Shown here: one piece after another, positions 1-12,602 of the stretch
Position numbering within the stretch: position 1 is the stretch's first letter
Layout of the letters: every line of letters starts with the position of its first letter
NCBI GenBank assembly: GCA_965113315.1
Contig: OZ220372.1
DNA length: 64,000 nt
DNA from: Podarcis vaucheri
Lineage: Eukaryota
Reading direction: 5' to 3' (one strand)
Translations under genes and position numbers: made by a program
Notes under the pieces: model-generated
What the model saw: only the letters and a program-made list of their open reading frames with translations
What the model was told of the DNA's origin: nothing
Database searches by the model: none

Positions 1-78
1 TCCGGTACTTCCGGGTTTGGCGCGGTCCGCAACCCGAAAGCACGCAACCCGCAGCGCTCACAACCCGAGGTATGACTG
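1..78. mobile_element. Right end of a Tc1/mariner (pogo/Tigger-like) MITE, truncated by the window edge
   Basis: Ends GAGGTATGACTG followed by TA. Same TIR type as the elements at 5610 and 14070. CpG-rich. Confidence 0.8.
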
Positions 79-1929
79 TATTTCAATAAAAGCTTAATCA
101 ATGAAAACCAAGCTAGTAGACCCAGTAGCAAAGCCTGATATGAAATAAACAGCATAGCCATTTTATGTTATTTTAGAGAGCTACATCCACAACCCATATC
201 TAGTAATGAAATATGCAGCTCTTTATGGGTAGCTGTTTGGATTCAGATCCTAAAAATCAGTTTGGAAGCAAGTGAAGCCCTGGTTATGTGCTCCAGATGA
301 TCAGGGTCTTGCCCTAACCACTGTAGGCCCAGAGGGATTCCAGCTGTTTCCTGTACCTATCAGATTTCACCATCCTATCAGAGGTGTCAATAGTTTAGGA
401 AACTAGTATATGGAAAGAACACAGTCAAGTTGCAGACAGGGTTAACTCCTGTTTCTCATCCATACCATAGATGAGTTTTCATCTCATATAAAACTAATGG
501 GGACATCTATTCTAAGGAAAATATGATGCAAAATTTGTGCCTACTTATGTGCAAATGGCAAAATATTTGTATTAGACACTATTCTAATTATTCAAAAATG
601 CAGACTCTTCTTATGGGGTTATGGAAGCCCAAGGGAGACACTCTAGAATGGGGATGGTCAGCTACCAAGTCAGATCCAGCTACCAAAGCATTATTATCTG
701 TTCCTGGTAGTGCTTGTCAGTATTGGATGACACTGACTAATGCATGATTTGTAACTGAGGATGCCTTTATGCAGCAAGACATTATTTCCCATCACGGTCA
801 AGAAAACAAAATGGTCCAGAGGTTCTTGGTAGCCCTGTTCCTACCACTTATTCTCAGGTAACGAGAATTCTCCTCCTCTTTCAAAACCACTAACACAGCT
901 CCAGAACACAAGAAGCAAACATACACAGTACGAAAATCTCACCCTAGCCAATCATGGCTGTGGATGGCTATACCTATCCATTGCTTGGTCCCAATTAAGC
1001 CTCTCTGAGCATCTCTGCACAAGGTGCCCTCATAGCCATGGTGGAAAGAGAGAAGAAGCTTACACATGCAGATGCCCAGTGCATTGGAGCCATGAGAAGC
1101 ACTGGGGAATCTCCCCACCCTTTCCACTGTGAGGATAATCAGAAAAGAAACTTCTGCACAAAACAGCCAAATACATGTCAACACTGACCTATGGAAACTT
1201 TTGTTCATTTGTGGGATGTAGATTTTTTATTATTATTATTTTTAGACAGCCAATGAGCAGAGGGAGAGGCAGGGGTGGGGAGGAAAGATGAACAATTGAT
1301 GAAAGCACACCATGAAAAGCAGAGAGAGTGGTTAGCCGAAGTTATACATGGCGGTCACATTCCACCCCTTTTCCCCCATGCCTTGGGAAATGGAAACACT
1401 TCAGTGGGAATCTGGTTCCACTTGGGATAAAGAAGATGCTTAGCAAGATACGGACTGCAGAAGACCAGTCTAGATTATGGCAGATCAGGAGGGTGCCTTT
1501 TCAAAGTCAAGGGTTGTTGGGGAAACCAGTCATTACAAAAGACAGTATGCCTTTAACCCATGTGTATTTTTTTTTTAAAAAAAGGAAGTAGACTCACACC
1601 CCACTCCCCTGCAAGATCATCCAACACGCCAAACAGAACCCTTAAGGCATGAAACTGATGCCACTACAGTCATTTCTGATCAATTGCGCCAATAAACTTC
1701 AAGACTATCCTTATCCCCACAATGCACAGCTGAAAAAAGGATACTGTACCTTTACGATCCTGCCAGACACACTTCATAACAAGGTTGTTATAGAGGGTTT
1801 CTTTGAGATTGAAGGAAAGAAAAGTTTGGCGGTGAGCCACTTGATATTGTTGCTAGCTCACTAGTGTCTCTACACCAATCCAATGGTGGTTTGGGAACGG
1901 AATGGAGGGAATGCAAGAAATTACATTAC

Positions 1930-1995
1930 CTTCATGGGCACAGCAAGGGCAGAAGGAGAGAGGTCTACGGCGTGGTGTCCCGGCATTGGGCTCAA
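1930..1995 (-). CDS. MICAL3: MICAL3 cassette exon inside bMERB (66 nt): VEPNAGTPRRRPLSFCPCCAHE
   Basis: Acceptor ttggttctattgaag|TT after about 200 nt of pyrimidine-rich AG-free sequence, donor GAAG|gtaatg, phase 1-1, CpG-rich. Confidence 0.8.
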
Positions 1996-4249
1996 CTTCA
2001 ATAGAACCAAAGATGGGAGAGGAAGAAAGGAAGGGAAGAGGAAGTTGGAAGTGGAGAGGAAGAGAGGAGGAGAAACAGGGTGAAAATAAACAGACAAGCA
2101 AAAGGACAAAAAAGCACAAGAGTAAGAAAGGAAACAACAAGAAGAAGTAGAAAAGAAAATAATAATACAAGAAATGGAGAAGCAGAAACAAGGGGAACAG
2201 TCTACAGATGGAACATCCTTTGTCAACGCGAATAATGGAGAAGAGCAGACTGTGGCACTGGGAGGGGAAACAGTGTGGGCCACAAAAGTTACTGTGATAA
2301 TGGGGAAATGCCAACATTTGACATTTCTTGTGCTTGGTGACTTTTCACCCTCCATGTCACATGGTGCAGTTAAGAGATAAAAGCACTAAGAGGAGGGTGG
2401 ACAACATTAAGTTTCTAAAAGACCAGGAGAGCAAATAGGTTTTAAAAGGCCATCTTGAAAATTAGCTTGGCACATTCCATGTGGTTTTTTTGTGACATTG
2501 TCCAAGGAAGTAGGTTGACAGTGGCAAGTATTATGTGTTTAGTAAACAAAGGCAGATCATGGCGCAAAACAGGACTGACTGCCTATGATGGGCAAACAAA
2601 CCAAGACTAAACCAGGGATACAGAACCTGTTGTCCCCCTGCCCCAAAAGATTTTGGATTCTCATTCACCCCAGTCAACATGACCAACAGTCAGGGTGATG
2701 AGAGCTGTAGTCCAGCAACTTCTGGAAAGCCAAATGTTCCCCTATCCTGGGTCTAACCAAAGCCTTGACCGGTATTTTACACATATTCATGCATAGTTTG
2801 TATTTCTGGCCCTGCCAATATCAAGGGTAGACAGAAAGTTGAGGACTATGCCCTACTGGTATGTTTGTTTGTTTGTTTGTTTGTTTGATTGATTGGGGGG
2901 GGGGAGAAGTTTGAGTATGTGGCAATTAATTAGATAAAACACAGTAAATTAACATTTCCCAAATTTCTGATAAAAGAGGTAGTTTGTATTAAAAAATAAT
3001 AAAATGGGAGGAATACTTCTCAAACTTACACACTCTGATGCAGAGAATAGCCTCTTCCTATGGGTTGGCACTTATAGGAACCATCAATTATCCAATGAAT
3101 TCCTCGGTTTGGGAATTATTGTGGTAGATTATACATAAAGAGATGAATAATCTTATAGAATAGGGATAAGGAACTGGGTGCTGCTGTGTACAGAAGCCCC
3201 AGCAACCAGCTGATCACTGGGGCTTGAGTAGCGCAGTCCATGGTGCTTTGTTAACTCCCAGTGATCTATATATTACAGAAAGACCTGTGGCCCATTGACT
3301 AATCTGTGAGTAGAATGGAAGTGAAAGAAAAATGCCACTGTGTAACAAGGAGCAACTGAATTTATAAAAAAGAGGACATTCATAACCCACTGGAATCAGA
3401 TCTACACGCACATATAATGGAGAGGGAAAGCCTCAGTTCTCATTTACGAAGATAAGGCCTGGGAAGGGAACAGCTTTTAGAAGGGACCATCACAGAACTA
3501 GAGCAGTAACACACAGGACAGACCAAAGTTAAAAGGGAGGAAGCACATCAGTTTGCAAATAGTGTGTGAATGAGCAATGTGAATCTCTCAACAGGAAGAA
3601 ACATGTATACTCAGTGTGAAAAGGGTTAAAAGTACATCACATATACATGTTACATGCTGCCCATCTGTACGTGAAGACTCATCTTGTTTGACGACATTCC
3701 ATAGTATCCCCAGACAACTTTCTTCTCTCTCCCCCCCCTTCCAAAAAAACCAAACCAACAAATCGAATGCCTTAAAAGTATTTTTGTCGCTTGGGAAAGA
3801 GATCCATGAAAATCCATGTAGTGTAACAATGGACACAGGTTTTTCTTTAAAGTGGCAATGCAATGGTGCTTTGTTTTTACTTCGCAGGTCTCCTTCAAGG
3901 GCTAGTCTTGGATAGATATGTATTCCATTCTTAGTATGTGTAAAAAATACAAGAATACAAGTGGGTTGCTTGGATTAAATGGTTCTAAAATGCACAGTCA
4001 AGCTGTACACCAAGGGAAATACTCTCTGAATATTCTTGCATTTGCTGAAGTTCTTCCTCAGTCATGATTAAGGTTAAGATGACCTTTATGTTTTGCTTTG
4101 AACTGGGTGGATTCCATTGTGTACCGGGCTGCTACTAGACCAGGCTTCTATGCAGATTCAGTGTGTATCAAGGCTATATATGGAGCTTCTACCACTTCCA
4201 TGGTTGCAGCAACCTAGTTCTAGCTGCCACACTCAGTGATACAGATCCT

Positions 4250-4391
4250 GAATGAGTGGTGGCAACCTGTGGCCCTCCAGATGATGTTGGGCTGCAATTC
4301 CCATCACTCCTGACCACTACACATGCTAGCTAGGGCTGATGGGATCTGTAATCCCACAAGATCTGGAAGGCCACAGGTTTCCCATTCCTGC
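4250..4391. mobile_element. About 140-bp palindromic hAT-like MITE (related copies near 2612-2750, 11145-11250, 23120-23250, 25055-25190, 36150-36255, 37740-37875, 55020-55140, 59455-59590, 61330-61470)
   Basis: Shared structure AACCTGTGGCCCTCCAGATG..AACTCCCATC..GATGGGA.TGTAGTCC..ATCTGGAAGGCCACAGGTT. Confidence 0.75.
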
Positions 4392-5609
4392 CCCACATAC
4401 AGATGCCAGTTCACATGACAGTACCTCTATGCAAGCACAGACCACCTCCCAATTTTGAAGGCCATTGCGTGGGATCTCACCTGAAGCTTTCCAGGTGAGA
4501 TAACAGTAAATTGAGCTTGGAGGCAAAACCACTGCTAGTGCAAACCATGGTTTGACATAATATCTTAAGTATCTCCATGGAGCCCCCCGACAATCCCCTC
4601 CGTCTATGGTGTAACTAAGTCAGTTGGAACCACAGGATACCCTTGCTCCCAGAGTCTGATACTGGAGTCAGCAGAGACGGGTTTCAAGAGATAAGGCAGA
4701 CTGAAATATCAACTATGGAGGGTGGAGGTTCTTGGGCTTATTCCACCACATCGATAGGCAGGCCTCTTGCTACTATTGTCAATAAACCTATATCCAATAG
4801 CTACAATGTTTTCCCCCAACAGTACCTGCAGCAGAAGCTGGACCATTAATAGAATGTCTTATCCAACTCCATGGATAATCCCCAGAGAATATTCATAGCA
4901 TCCGATTAGTAAAGATGTGTTGAATAGTCCATTATGTATACAGATAATTCAATAATATAAATGGATAAATCCTTTCTCCGCATCACTGAACTTAAAGCGA
5001 AAAAAGATCACAAAGGCTACTAGACAGAAAACATTTCTATTGCTCGTCAACAAATGCCTATATTAGCAAGTTATGTGTAGCACACAGACCGCCTGAAAGT
5101 ACACTCAGAACAAAATGTCTAATAATTTATAAAAGCTCCCATTGCCAAGAGATGATGATTCACCACTGGTAACTGACTAGTGAGAGACTATTTAAAAGCC
5201 TGAAGCAATTTGTGAAATACATATCTTATTGAAAAACTAGACTGATCCCGATCAACTTTTTGCTAGGCCAACTAGGATCAAGCGGCAACTCAACTCACTT
5301 TGGGTTTGGTCAAGAAATGCCTTCAAGTACCATGCAGCAAGGCATAAAACTTGAACATGATCACACCATCCTTTTTGTTCTGCTTAGGACATGAACTGAA
5401 ATAGATCTTATGTAGCTCAGATACTTGCAGAGTTCCAACACAAAGAATGCATCCAGCAAAAGATAATTATTTAGTGTATGTTTCCAAAACTAGAAACAAA
5501 AATGCCCAAGCTAAATGAATCTTGGAATCCAGTTCTATGCATGTTTGCTTGGAAGTACAGGTGCCTAAGTTCTGATGCAATGCACAGTCATCTTGCATTA
5601 ACTGAACTA

Positions 5610-5843
5610 CAGTTGTATCTTGGAAGTCGAATGGAATCCGTTCCGGAAGTCCGTTCAACTTTCAAAACCAAAGTGCAGCTTCTGATTGGCTGCAGGAAGC
5701 TCCTGCAGCCAATCAGAAGCTGCAGAAGTGCTGTCAGACATTTGGGTTCCAAAAGAACATTCGAAACAATCACTTCCAGGTTTGCGGCGTTCGGAAGCCA
5801 AAACATCTGAGTTCCAGGGTGTTCGGGATCCAAGGTACAAGTG
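5610..5843 (+). mobile_element. Tc1/mariner-type MITE with central palindrome
   Basis: TA|CAGTTGTATCTTGG ... CCAAGGTACAAGTG|TA: imperfect TIRs and TA target duplication. Homologous to 14070-14315. Confidence 0.88.
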
Positions 5844-6461
5844 TATTACCATTGCAAAAAAAGTTGACAGTAAGACGCATGAGACCCAAAGATGTTACTT
5901 TATTACCATAAATCTCTCCCTTTTGTTTAAGCACTAGGTACAGGTACAACTTACAGTGGATTATTGTAGGGTTCCATATGTCTGGATTTCTTGGACACCA
6001 CGTTGTTTCGGCATTTTTGTAAAAAAAGAGAAAAGCTCCTGGTTTTTGAAATATGGTAACCCTAGATTATTGCAGCACTAAAATAACTTTAAAACAGATA
6101 AACTCACTGTACAAATGCATGCACACATATGTGCACTGGATACTAACACTGGATACAAACCCAAATTCCATACATTTGGCTGCAGTTAGTCTTCTGCATA
6201 TGATACCGTATGTGATATATAATAAATATGAAACACCCCTTCCCCCCCTTTTCACTGGATATTGATAATCAGCCTATAAGTGTGATGTATTCAAATCAGC
6301 ATGCATAATGGTATCATATGATCACTTAAGTTTGGCATCAGATGTTCCAAAACTCAAGAATTCACTCAAGAGTTGGAGAAGGGTGTCCTGCATTATGCAT
6401 CACCAGGCAAAAAAGTCAAGTCAGGGAACTGAAGCAAGGGTGACTGCTGAACCACTGAGTA

Positions 6462-6462
<1 letters not shown>

Positions 6463-6513
<51 letters not shown>
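6463..6513. repeat. (TAA)17 microsatellite
   Basis: Read directly; abuts an L2-like tail. Confidence 0.97.
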
Positions 6514-6514
<1 letters not shown>

Positions 6515-6624
6515 TTACATTTGTACCCTGTCCATCTGGGTAAGGTGAATCCAGAGAGAAGTGAGGAAGTATAAATTTCTATTTGAGCCATGTTTGACCC
6601 TCTGCATTTTAGTCTGAACATCTC

Positions 6625-7093
6625 TGTCAGGGAACTGCCATCGGAGGGACAGGTGGTGGAAGGGCTCACAGAGGTTGGGAGGGAGTCAGCAGCGAAAGCA
6701 GGGACCAGCAGGGGGAGAGATGGGTCTCTGGAGGAAGGTCTCATGAATGCGGAGAGAGACGCAGCAGCTAAAGCAGGAACTAGCAGGGAAGAGGGAGGGA
6801 TCAGGGACACGTCCAGCGAGAACAGCGGGGAGGTGTCAGAAGCTCCCATAGGGAGACCCATTCTTCGCCGGAAGCTGCCACGTCGTGAGTCCAGAAGACG
6901 CGTTTCCGTTAAGGAGCTTCTTTGCTGGAAGCGCTTCCGCAAACAACCACTGTCGGAATCTACAAGTGACTAGGGCAGACATGTTTGAGGAGCTCTGTCA
7001 CACACAGAGGTTTGTGGAGTTGCACAAACTCTGAGGGACCACGATTTTACGCACAAGCAGCTAATCATCCCATCATAATCTCTCTTGTGAACA
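6625..7093 (+). mobile_element. CpG-rich LTR-like insertion carrying a short acidic-then-basic ORF
   Basis: Begins TGTCAGGG and is compositionally distinct from flanks. ORF 6590..6973 has an internal duplication. Boundaries uncertain. Confidence 0.45.
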
Positions 7094-7499
7094 TCTGTCA
7101 GACCTGCCCCTCCATCTCTGATCAAACCTGTTTTATAATCAATTATACCTCCCCTTTCTTCCAGTGCAAGATTATTCAGCCATAAGCCTGGCATTGGCAT
7201 CAAATGCTGATAACCATGTTTTTCTCCTGCTACAAAGTCCTTGGAACTGACTCCTTACATGCCAAGAGACCAGTATTGCCTCTACACTCCTTGATACTGT
7301 TAGCTACACCACTGCCTTCTTTTGCCCTGGTTTGCTAGTGCTTAAAAATAATTATTCCAATATCACTTAGAGACATCCAAAAAGATTCTGGCTAGTGGAT
7401 ACATTTTACTATTACACAATAAAATTGAAAATTAATTTGCTGTACAAGCTAAGGATAAAAACAACATGCATTCAACCCAATATCATCAAGACCTCCTGA

Positions 7500-8140
7500 T
7501 CGTTGTCCCAAGGTGAAATATTTCCCCCCCACCTCCATAATGACAGTTCTGAAGTCCCTGGTATACCAGAAGGCCTCTGCCTAGGCTTACTACTAGGGGA
7601 TGCTCTGAAAGGACCTTGCAGTGGGTTCCTGAGCCACCCCTGGCAGAGAAGCCCAGGCAAAGTCAAAGGGGGAGGCTGAATCAACCCCTCAGGCTTCAAA
7701 GACATTGGGGCCAGAAGATCCAGCCCAGGCAGCTAGTCAGTGAGAGAATGCACACTTGGGAGTGCAGTGTTGCTGTGTAATTATTGAGTCAAAGGCTCAT
7801 TGTAACTAACAAAACTCAAGAGCAAAGGCTCTTACGGCAGACTCAAGCACCTGAAGCTGGTGATGGCATGGTTTGGGAGTCTAGGCTATATCAGGCTTCA
7901 TTTGGAGTCTGCTGCTTGTTGAAGACAATCTACCATCCAGCTCCTTACTTCTGAACCTGACTCCTTTGCCTCCCCCTGCTTCCTTCTTAGAGCTCATCAG
8001 TTGCTGAACCCTGGACCCCAAGCTTACCAATGCTGTCCTGGATTACTTTTGGACTAGACGGATCCCTTCTGACCTTGGTTTGATCCTGGCACAGCTTTCC
8101 GGACTCCCCTTGCTAAGGTCTGGTGATACCATGGCTGGGC
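7500..8140 (+). mobile_element. Degenerate LTR-like repeat
   Basis: TATA-like GGCTATATCAGG followed by CT-rich R/U5-like sequence with repeated CCTG(G)AC units. Ends not resolved. Confidence 0.35.
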
Positions 8141-11100
8141 TTTATTGTGCAATCTGCCTCCATCTAACCCAGTGACCCAGCTGGAGTATGAGTCTGACCA
8201 AAGGGTTTGGAGCTTAGCACCAATAGCCCTGAATGTAGCCACTGGAATTTTGCTTCCAATGATGGATATTGGAGTCCAAACCAAGAATAATGGGAGACAC
8301 CTTCATGCCAGCACCCAAAATTGCTGCTGGTGCTAAACACTAAAGTGATGAGAAGGAAATGCCTGCACTGAGCCCCTTCTCAGCACAACATCCTTCTCCT
8401 GTACTCACCAGGTGATCAAGCCATGACTGCTGAGCATTCTTAGGCCATGCATATGCCATACAAGAACATGTGCAGGCATTCACGGGTGTGGCATATATCT
8501 CTGCCATATATAGCAACTGTTTCTGTAGGGGTCCTAAGAATACATCTGCACGCTGAATCTCTCTCGTTTCAAAGCAAGAGCATTTAGTAGCTGGATCACA
8601 AATGAACATATGCCCAGGGAATAGCAAGAACGTGGTTGGAACATGTTTCCTCCTTTATCTTGAGCAGAACCCATTGTGAATGCAGAAGTCAACTCAGGTT
8701 GAGACCCATTGGTTACATTTACTGGCAAGATGAAGGAGAGGACTTTCTTTCACCACCTTCAGAAGTATATATAAATTTTAGCATTTATGCGGTGCTTTGT
8801 GAAGTGCCTTGGCTATTCAAACCAATCATCCTATTATATCTATTACAAGAGGCATAGAAACGTATTATATGCAACCATTTAAGGCAGCCATTATTAAGCC
8901 CATACTTCCCCAAGGTGGCTTAGTGAGAACAGCAGAGGTGAGGTCTGAACCAGGGATTCCCTAGCTGACAGTCTCTTAGCCCCTACGCTACAGTGACTCT
9001 TGAGCACTCTGGCAGCCCTGTGAGGAAGTACTGAACAAACACCAGTCACAGAGGAGTATAAAAAGAACTAACACTACAAAGCCACGTGTGTCTTTTTCTG
9101 CACATAACACTGCATTTTATTTAAAGGGATACTGCCAAGTAGTGAAGTTTTCTGCTGGGGATTAAAAGAAAGAAAGAAATCAAGATAGATTAAAATAATA
9201 ATGATCTTCCATTCGGAATTGTGAATTATTACTGCTATCTGGGCTGGAGTTGAAACTAGCAAAAATAAAAAATGTCTTTAAACCCCAAAAGTGTAGGGAA
9301 GAAGTAGCCATGGCTAATATTGCGTACATTTATCCAAACAGGAAATGTAGGGAACAAAAGGATATAATCGTGAGAAGCAAATGAGATTTATTAATTTACA
9401 TGCTAGTTCTTTATGACAGAAAGTGAGGTTAGTTAATGTGAAAAACGACAGTGTCCCTTTAAATGACTCCGATGACTACTTTTTAAAGCCACTGTTAGCA
9501 AAAATGACAAGACTGCTGCCTTCAAGAGGGAATTAGGAAGGGAAGGGGGGGGAAGGAGAAGGAAGTGTGGGAGCTGCATCAGCTAGGAGCAGGACCTGTT
9601 AGGTGTAACTTTGCATTAACCCTTTTACAGCTCTGTCTGTGGGCACACAATGCCCCCTAGCGGCACACTTGGAAAGAAACCCCACATAGGCAGAGCACTG
9701 GTCTCCAGAGAGGAGCCAGCAACTCCTTCTAGCAGGGATGTGTCATTTTGCTTTGAGCAAGGGCTGGAGAGCCAACAGCATTTGCTCCACCTACTGATTG
9801 ACTCCAGGTGAGTGGAGGCATGGAGAAAGGGCTTAAATCTTTCTGTTATCTCCCACAACATGTTAAAACAAGAAATAGTTTGGTGGGCAAGCACCTCAGG
9901 CACTTAACTCTCCAAACTGACCTCTGTATTTAGCTTCCATGTCAGCTGCTGAAGTATGGAGGAAGAAAACTGGCAGAGCATTTTGCTGCTCACAATGGGG
10001 AAGAAAGGGTCTATGTCTCCTTTGCATGGAGGAAAGGTGCAAAATAATGAAAGGGGGACCCTTTGAGATTTGGGACTATGATAGGGCCAAGTTAGGAAAT
10101 TCCTGGGGGCCTATAACCTCCTGGGCTACCACTTACCTATTTCTAAACTATGAGGGTTGAACCCACAAAACACTGTTGATCTCCTTAACCTGCAAACTGC
10201 CAGTCTGAAGAACACGGGTAGCTTGCTTGATTTTTATGGAAGAGACGCAGCAATAGTTCAAAAACATTAGTGATATACAAAAGTCACTTTAAGGAGACTT
10301 GGCAATACATCCTTCTGTCACCAACTCCCAAGGAGTAAGGACCAGAATTTAAGACACCTTGGAAAACAGCTGTAGTACCAAAGATGTGTTGAATCAGTCC
10401 TGCATGACTGGTAACCCACCATGTCAAATGTAGCCCACCAGGGTTTCAAGCAATATCTGATGTTTTGTTTTGCCTCAGACTGCAAAAACAGGAAGGCTAT
10501 CAAGTACCTGCAATGTCATAATACATGACCGGTAAGCTTGATGGGACACAATTTGTGCTGGCCTGTGTTAAAGTTGTAATATTACTGCAGAGTGGGGGGT
10601 GTTATTCATAAAAAAGTCACTATACATGGGAGTGGGGAGGGGGGGGGAGAAAGACAAAAAAGAGAAAAGAATAGGAACTATATCATGTTGTGGTGATCTT
10701 TCGAGCGTGAACTTTACACAAGGAAAGAGAAAGAGCCTGTGAATACCATCTGAGGGCTTGTTCAAACTCTTTAATTTCAGAAATGACAGGGCATGTGCAA
10801 CATTTGTGTACTCTCCTGGCCACCCACCCATTTGTAGGAACTCTAGCACTCAAATTGCAGTTTAGCAGTGCAGATTAAGTGTGATAATCTGTACAACTTT
10901 CCCTACAATAACAGGCAACGGTATTTAAAGAAGCATAGCATTTAAAAAGAAAATATAGCAGTCCTTATAAAGTGTAACAAAGTGTGTTGAGGGAGCAGCT
11001 GTCACTGCTTTGAGGGTTGGGGCAATCCTTGAGGGAGAATAAAGTATATAAGTGCTAGATTATCTTTGGGAAGAAAAATCTAATCAATAGTTTGGATTTA

Positions 11101-12204
11101 CTTATCAACAAAATGCATAGCACAACTAAGTTTAGGGGCTAAACTGGGGGTGGCTAACCTATGGCCCTCAATCAATCCCAAACAGCATGGCCAACAGTCA
11201 GGGCTAATGAGAGCTGTAGTTCAACAACATCTCAAAGGTTAGCTACCCCAGGTTAAATGATGAAGTTTGAAAAGAGGCCATGATCCAGAGAGCTCCTTTA
11301 GCTAAAGTCTTGTACATGTACCCCAGAGGTCCCTCTGTTTTTCATTACAGCACCACACCTGAAACTACATTCAAGCTACAACTACTTTTCACAGCAGACA
11401 CTGACCACTGGCAAGAGCAGCAATCCCATGTCTCTCTTTCTCCTCTTCCTGGATCCGCTGAAATGCTTAGAAATTAAAAACATGCAACATATAATATTGC
11501 ACTTCCTTGTCCCCCTCCATTTCATTGGCTGCCACAAAATGAATGGGAAGTCTTTCATTGCAATAATGTGGCACTACACATTTTTTAAATGCCAGAAGGA
11601 TAGTCAAATTAGAACACTGCGGCAAAAACATAGTCTTGCGGCACCTTAAATACTAACACATTTTTATGGCGTAACCTTTCATGGACTGAAATTCTTAAAT
11701 GTCACCAATGGAGAGAGGAGGAGGAGATGACTCAGGGTTTTTTACCTCCATGTTTCAGAAATGGTTTCTCCAGTATTATTGTGTTGGAGGAAAAAGAAGG
11801 CACCCAGCTTACAAGAGAGTCCCCTGTGCATGCACAGAACTCAGCATGTGACACTTTGGATCAGGCCTCCAGTGAATCCCAGAATAGAAAAGGAAAAATT
11901 TCAAAATGTGTACAAAAGACAATTTGTTGCCCAACAAATTTTGAGTATTAAACTTCTTTCTCAGGAAAGGTTATTTTAAGTTGGTGCAGAGGTTTATCCT
12001 GGTGGGGAAAAGAGTAAAAAAAATCAACCCTTGAGAAGAGGTTTAATATTTAAAAAGTGATGAGAAATAAATTCTCTGTACTTCTGCACATCTCTTCCAC
12101 TTTCATTCCTGGTTGTTTTCCTACAGGAAACCACAATGGAAACCATTGCTGCCGCCCCCCGTCACTGGGGTGTTTTGCAAAAAGCCTAGACGTCATGTGA
12201 CATG

Positions 12205-12355
12205 GCCCAATTGTGCATCTGACTGTTAACTAGGTGGCTGGTGGTTCAAGCCCACCCTGGGAAGGCTGTGAGCAGGATTCCTGTATTGCAGGGCGCTGGA
12301 GCAGATGACCTTCAGGGTCCCTGCCAACTCTGCAGTTGTGAGATTCTACGATTCC
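12205..12355 (+). mobile_element. SINE with tRNA-like head and CR1-derived 3' tail
   Basis: GGTGGTTCAAGCCCAC (B-box-like) followed by GATTCCTGTATTGCAGGG..GATGACCTTCAGGGTCCCTGCCAACTCT..ATTCT. Confidence 0.6.
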
Positions 12356-12551
12356 AAAACACTGCTCATTAAGGACTGCTAGTTCTCCTCCGAGCTGGAA
12401 AAGGGCCCTAGCCAATCAATTAGGTGCAAGACTGGTTTCTTCTCATTGCTTGTGAGGAGCCAGGGATGGAAAGAAGTAGGTGGAGGGAGAGGGTGGCGGG
12501 AGCAGGTGTCAGCAGGGTTAGTGCCAGCAAAGAGGTTTCTGCCATACATAC

Positions 12552-12602
12552 CACCCAGGTGCAAGTCGATGAGGTCACTGTAATAAGACTCTCCCCAATA
12601 GT
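12552..12602 (-). CDS. MICAL3: MICAL3 cassette exon inside bMERB (51 nt): DYWGESYYSDLIDLHLG
   Basis: Acceptor gattccttgttgtag|AC, donor GGTG|gtatgt, phase 1-1. A tandem donor 3 nt upstream would give 48 nt. Resembles an insert recalled from vertebrate MICAL3 isoforms. Confidence 0.8.

Noticed and set aside
1853-2355. Hydrophobic 154/144-aa ORFs resembling membrane proteins
   Set aside because: Translation of the long polypyrimidine tract; only 1930-1995 has exon signals.
3660-3720. TGGAATGT (miR-1/206 seed-like) on the minus strand
   Set aside because: The rest of the mature miRNA does not match and no hairpin partner is visible.
4580-5250. Possible decayed L1-like RT fragment (DAEKGF on minus)
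   Set aside because: Single weak motif with no supporting QG/ADD motifs; cannot be called by eye.
10137-10204. Perfect donor AG|GTAAGT with a possible acceptor, forming a stop-containing 68-nt exon
   Set aside because: Weak pyrimidine tract, and one such match in 64 kb is expected by chance.
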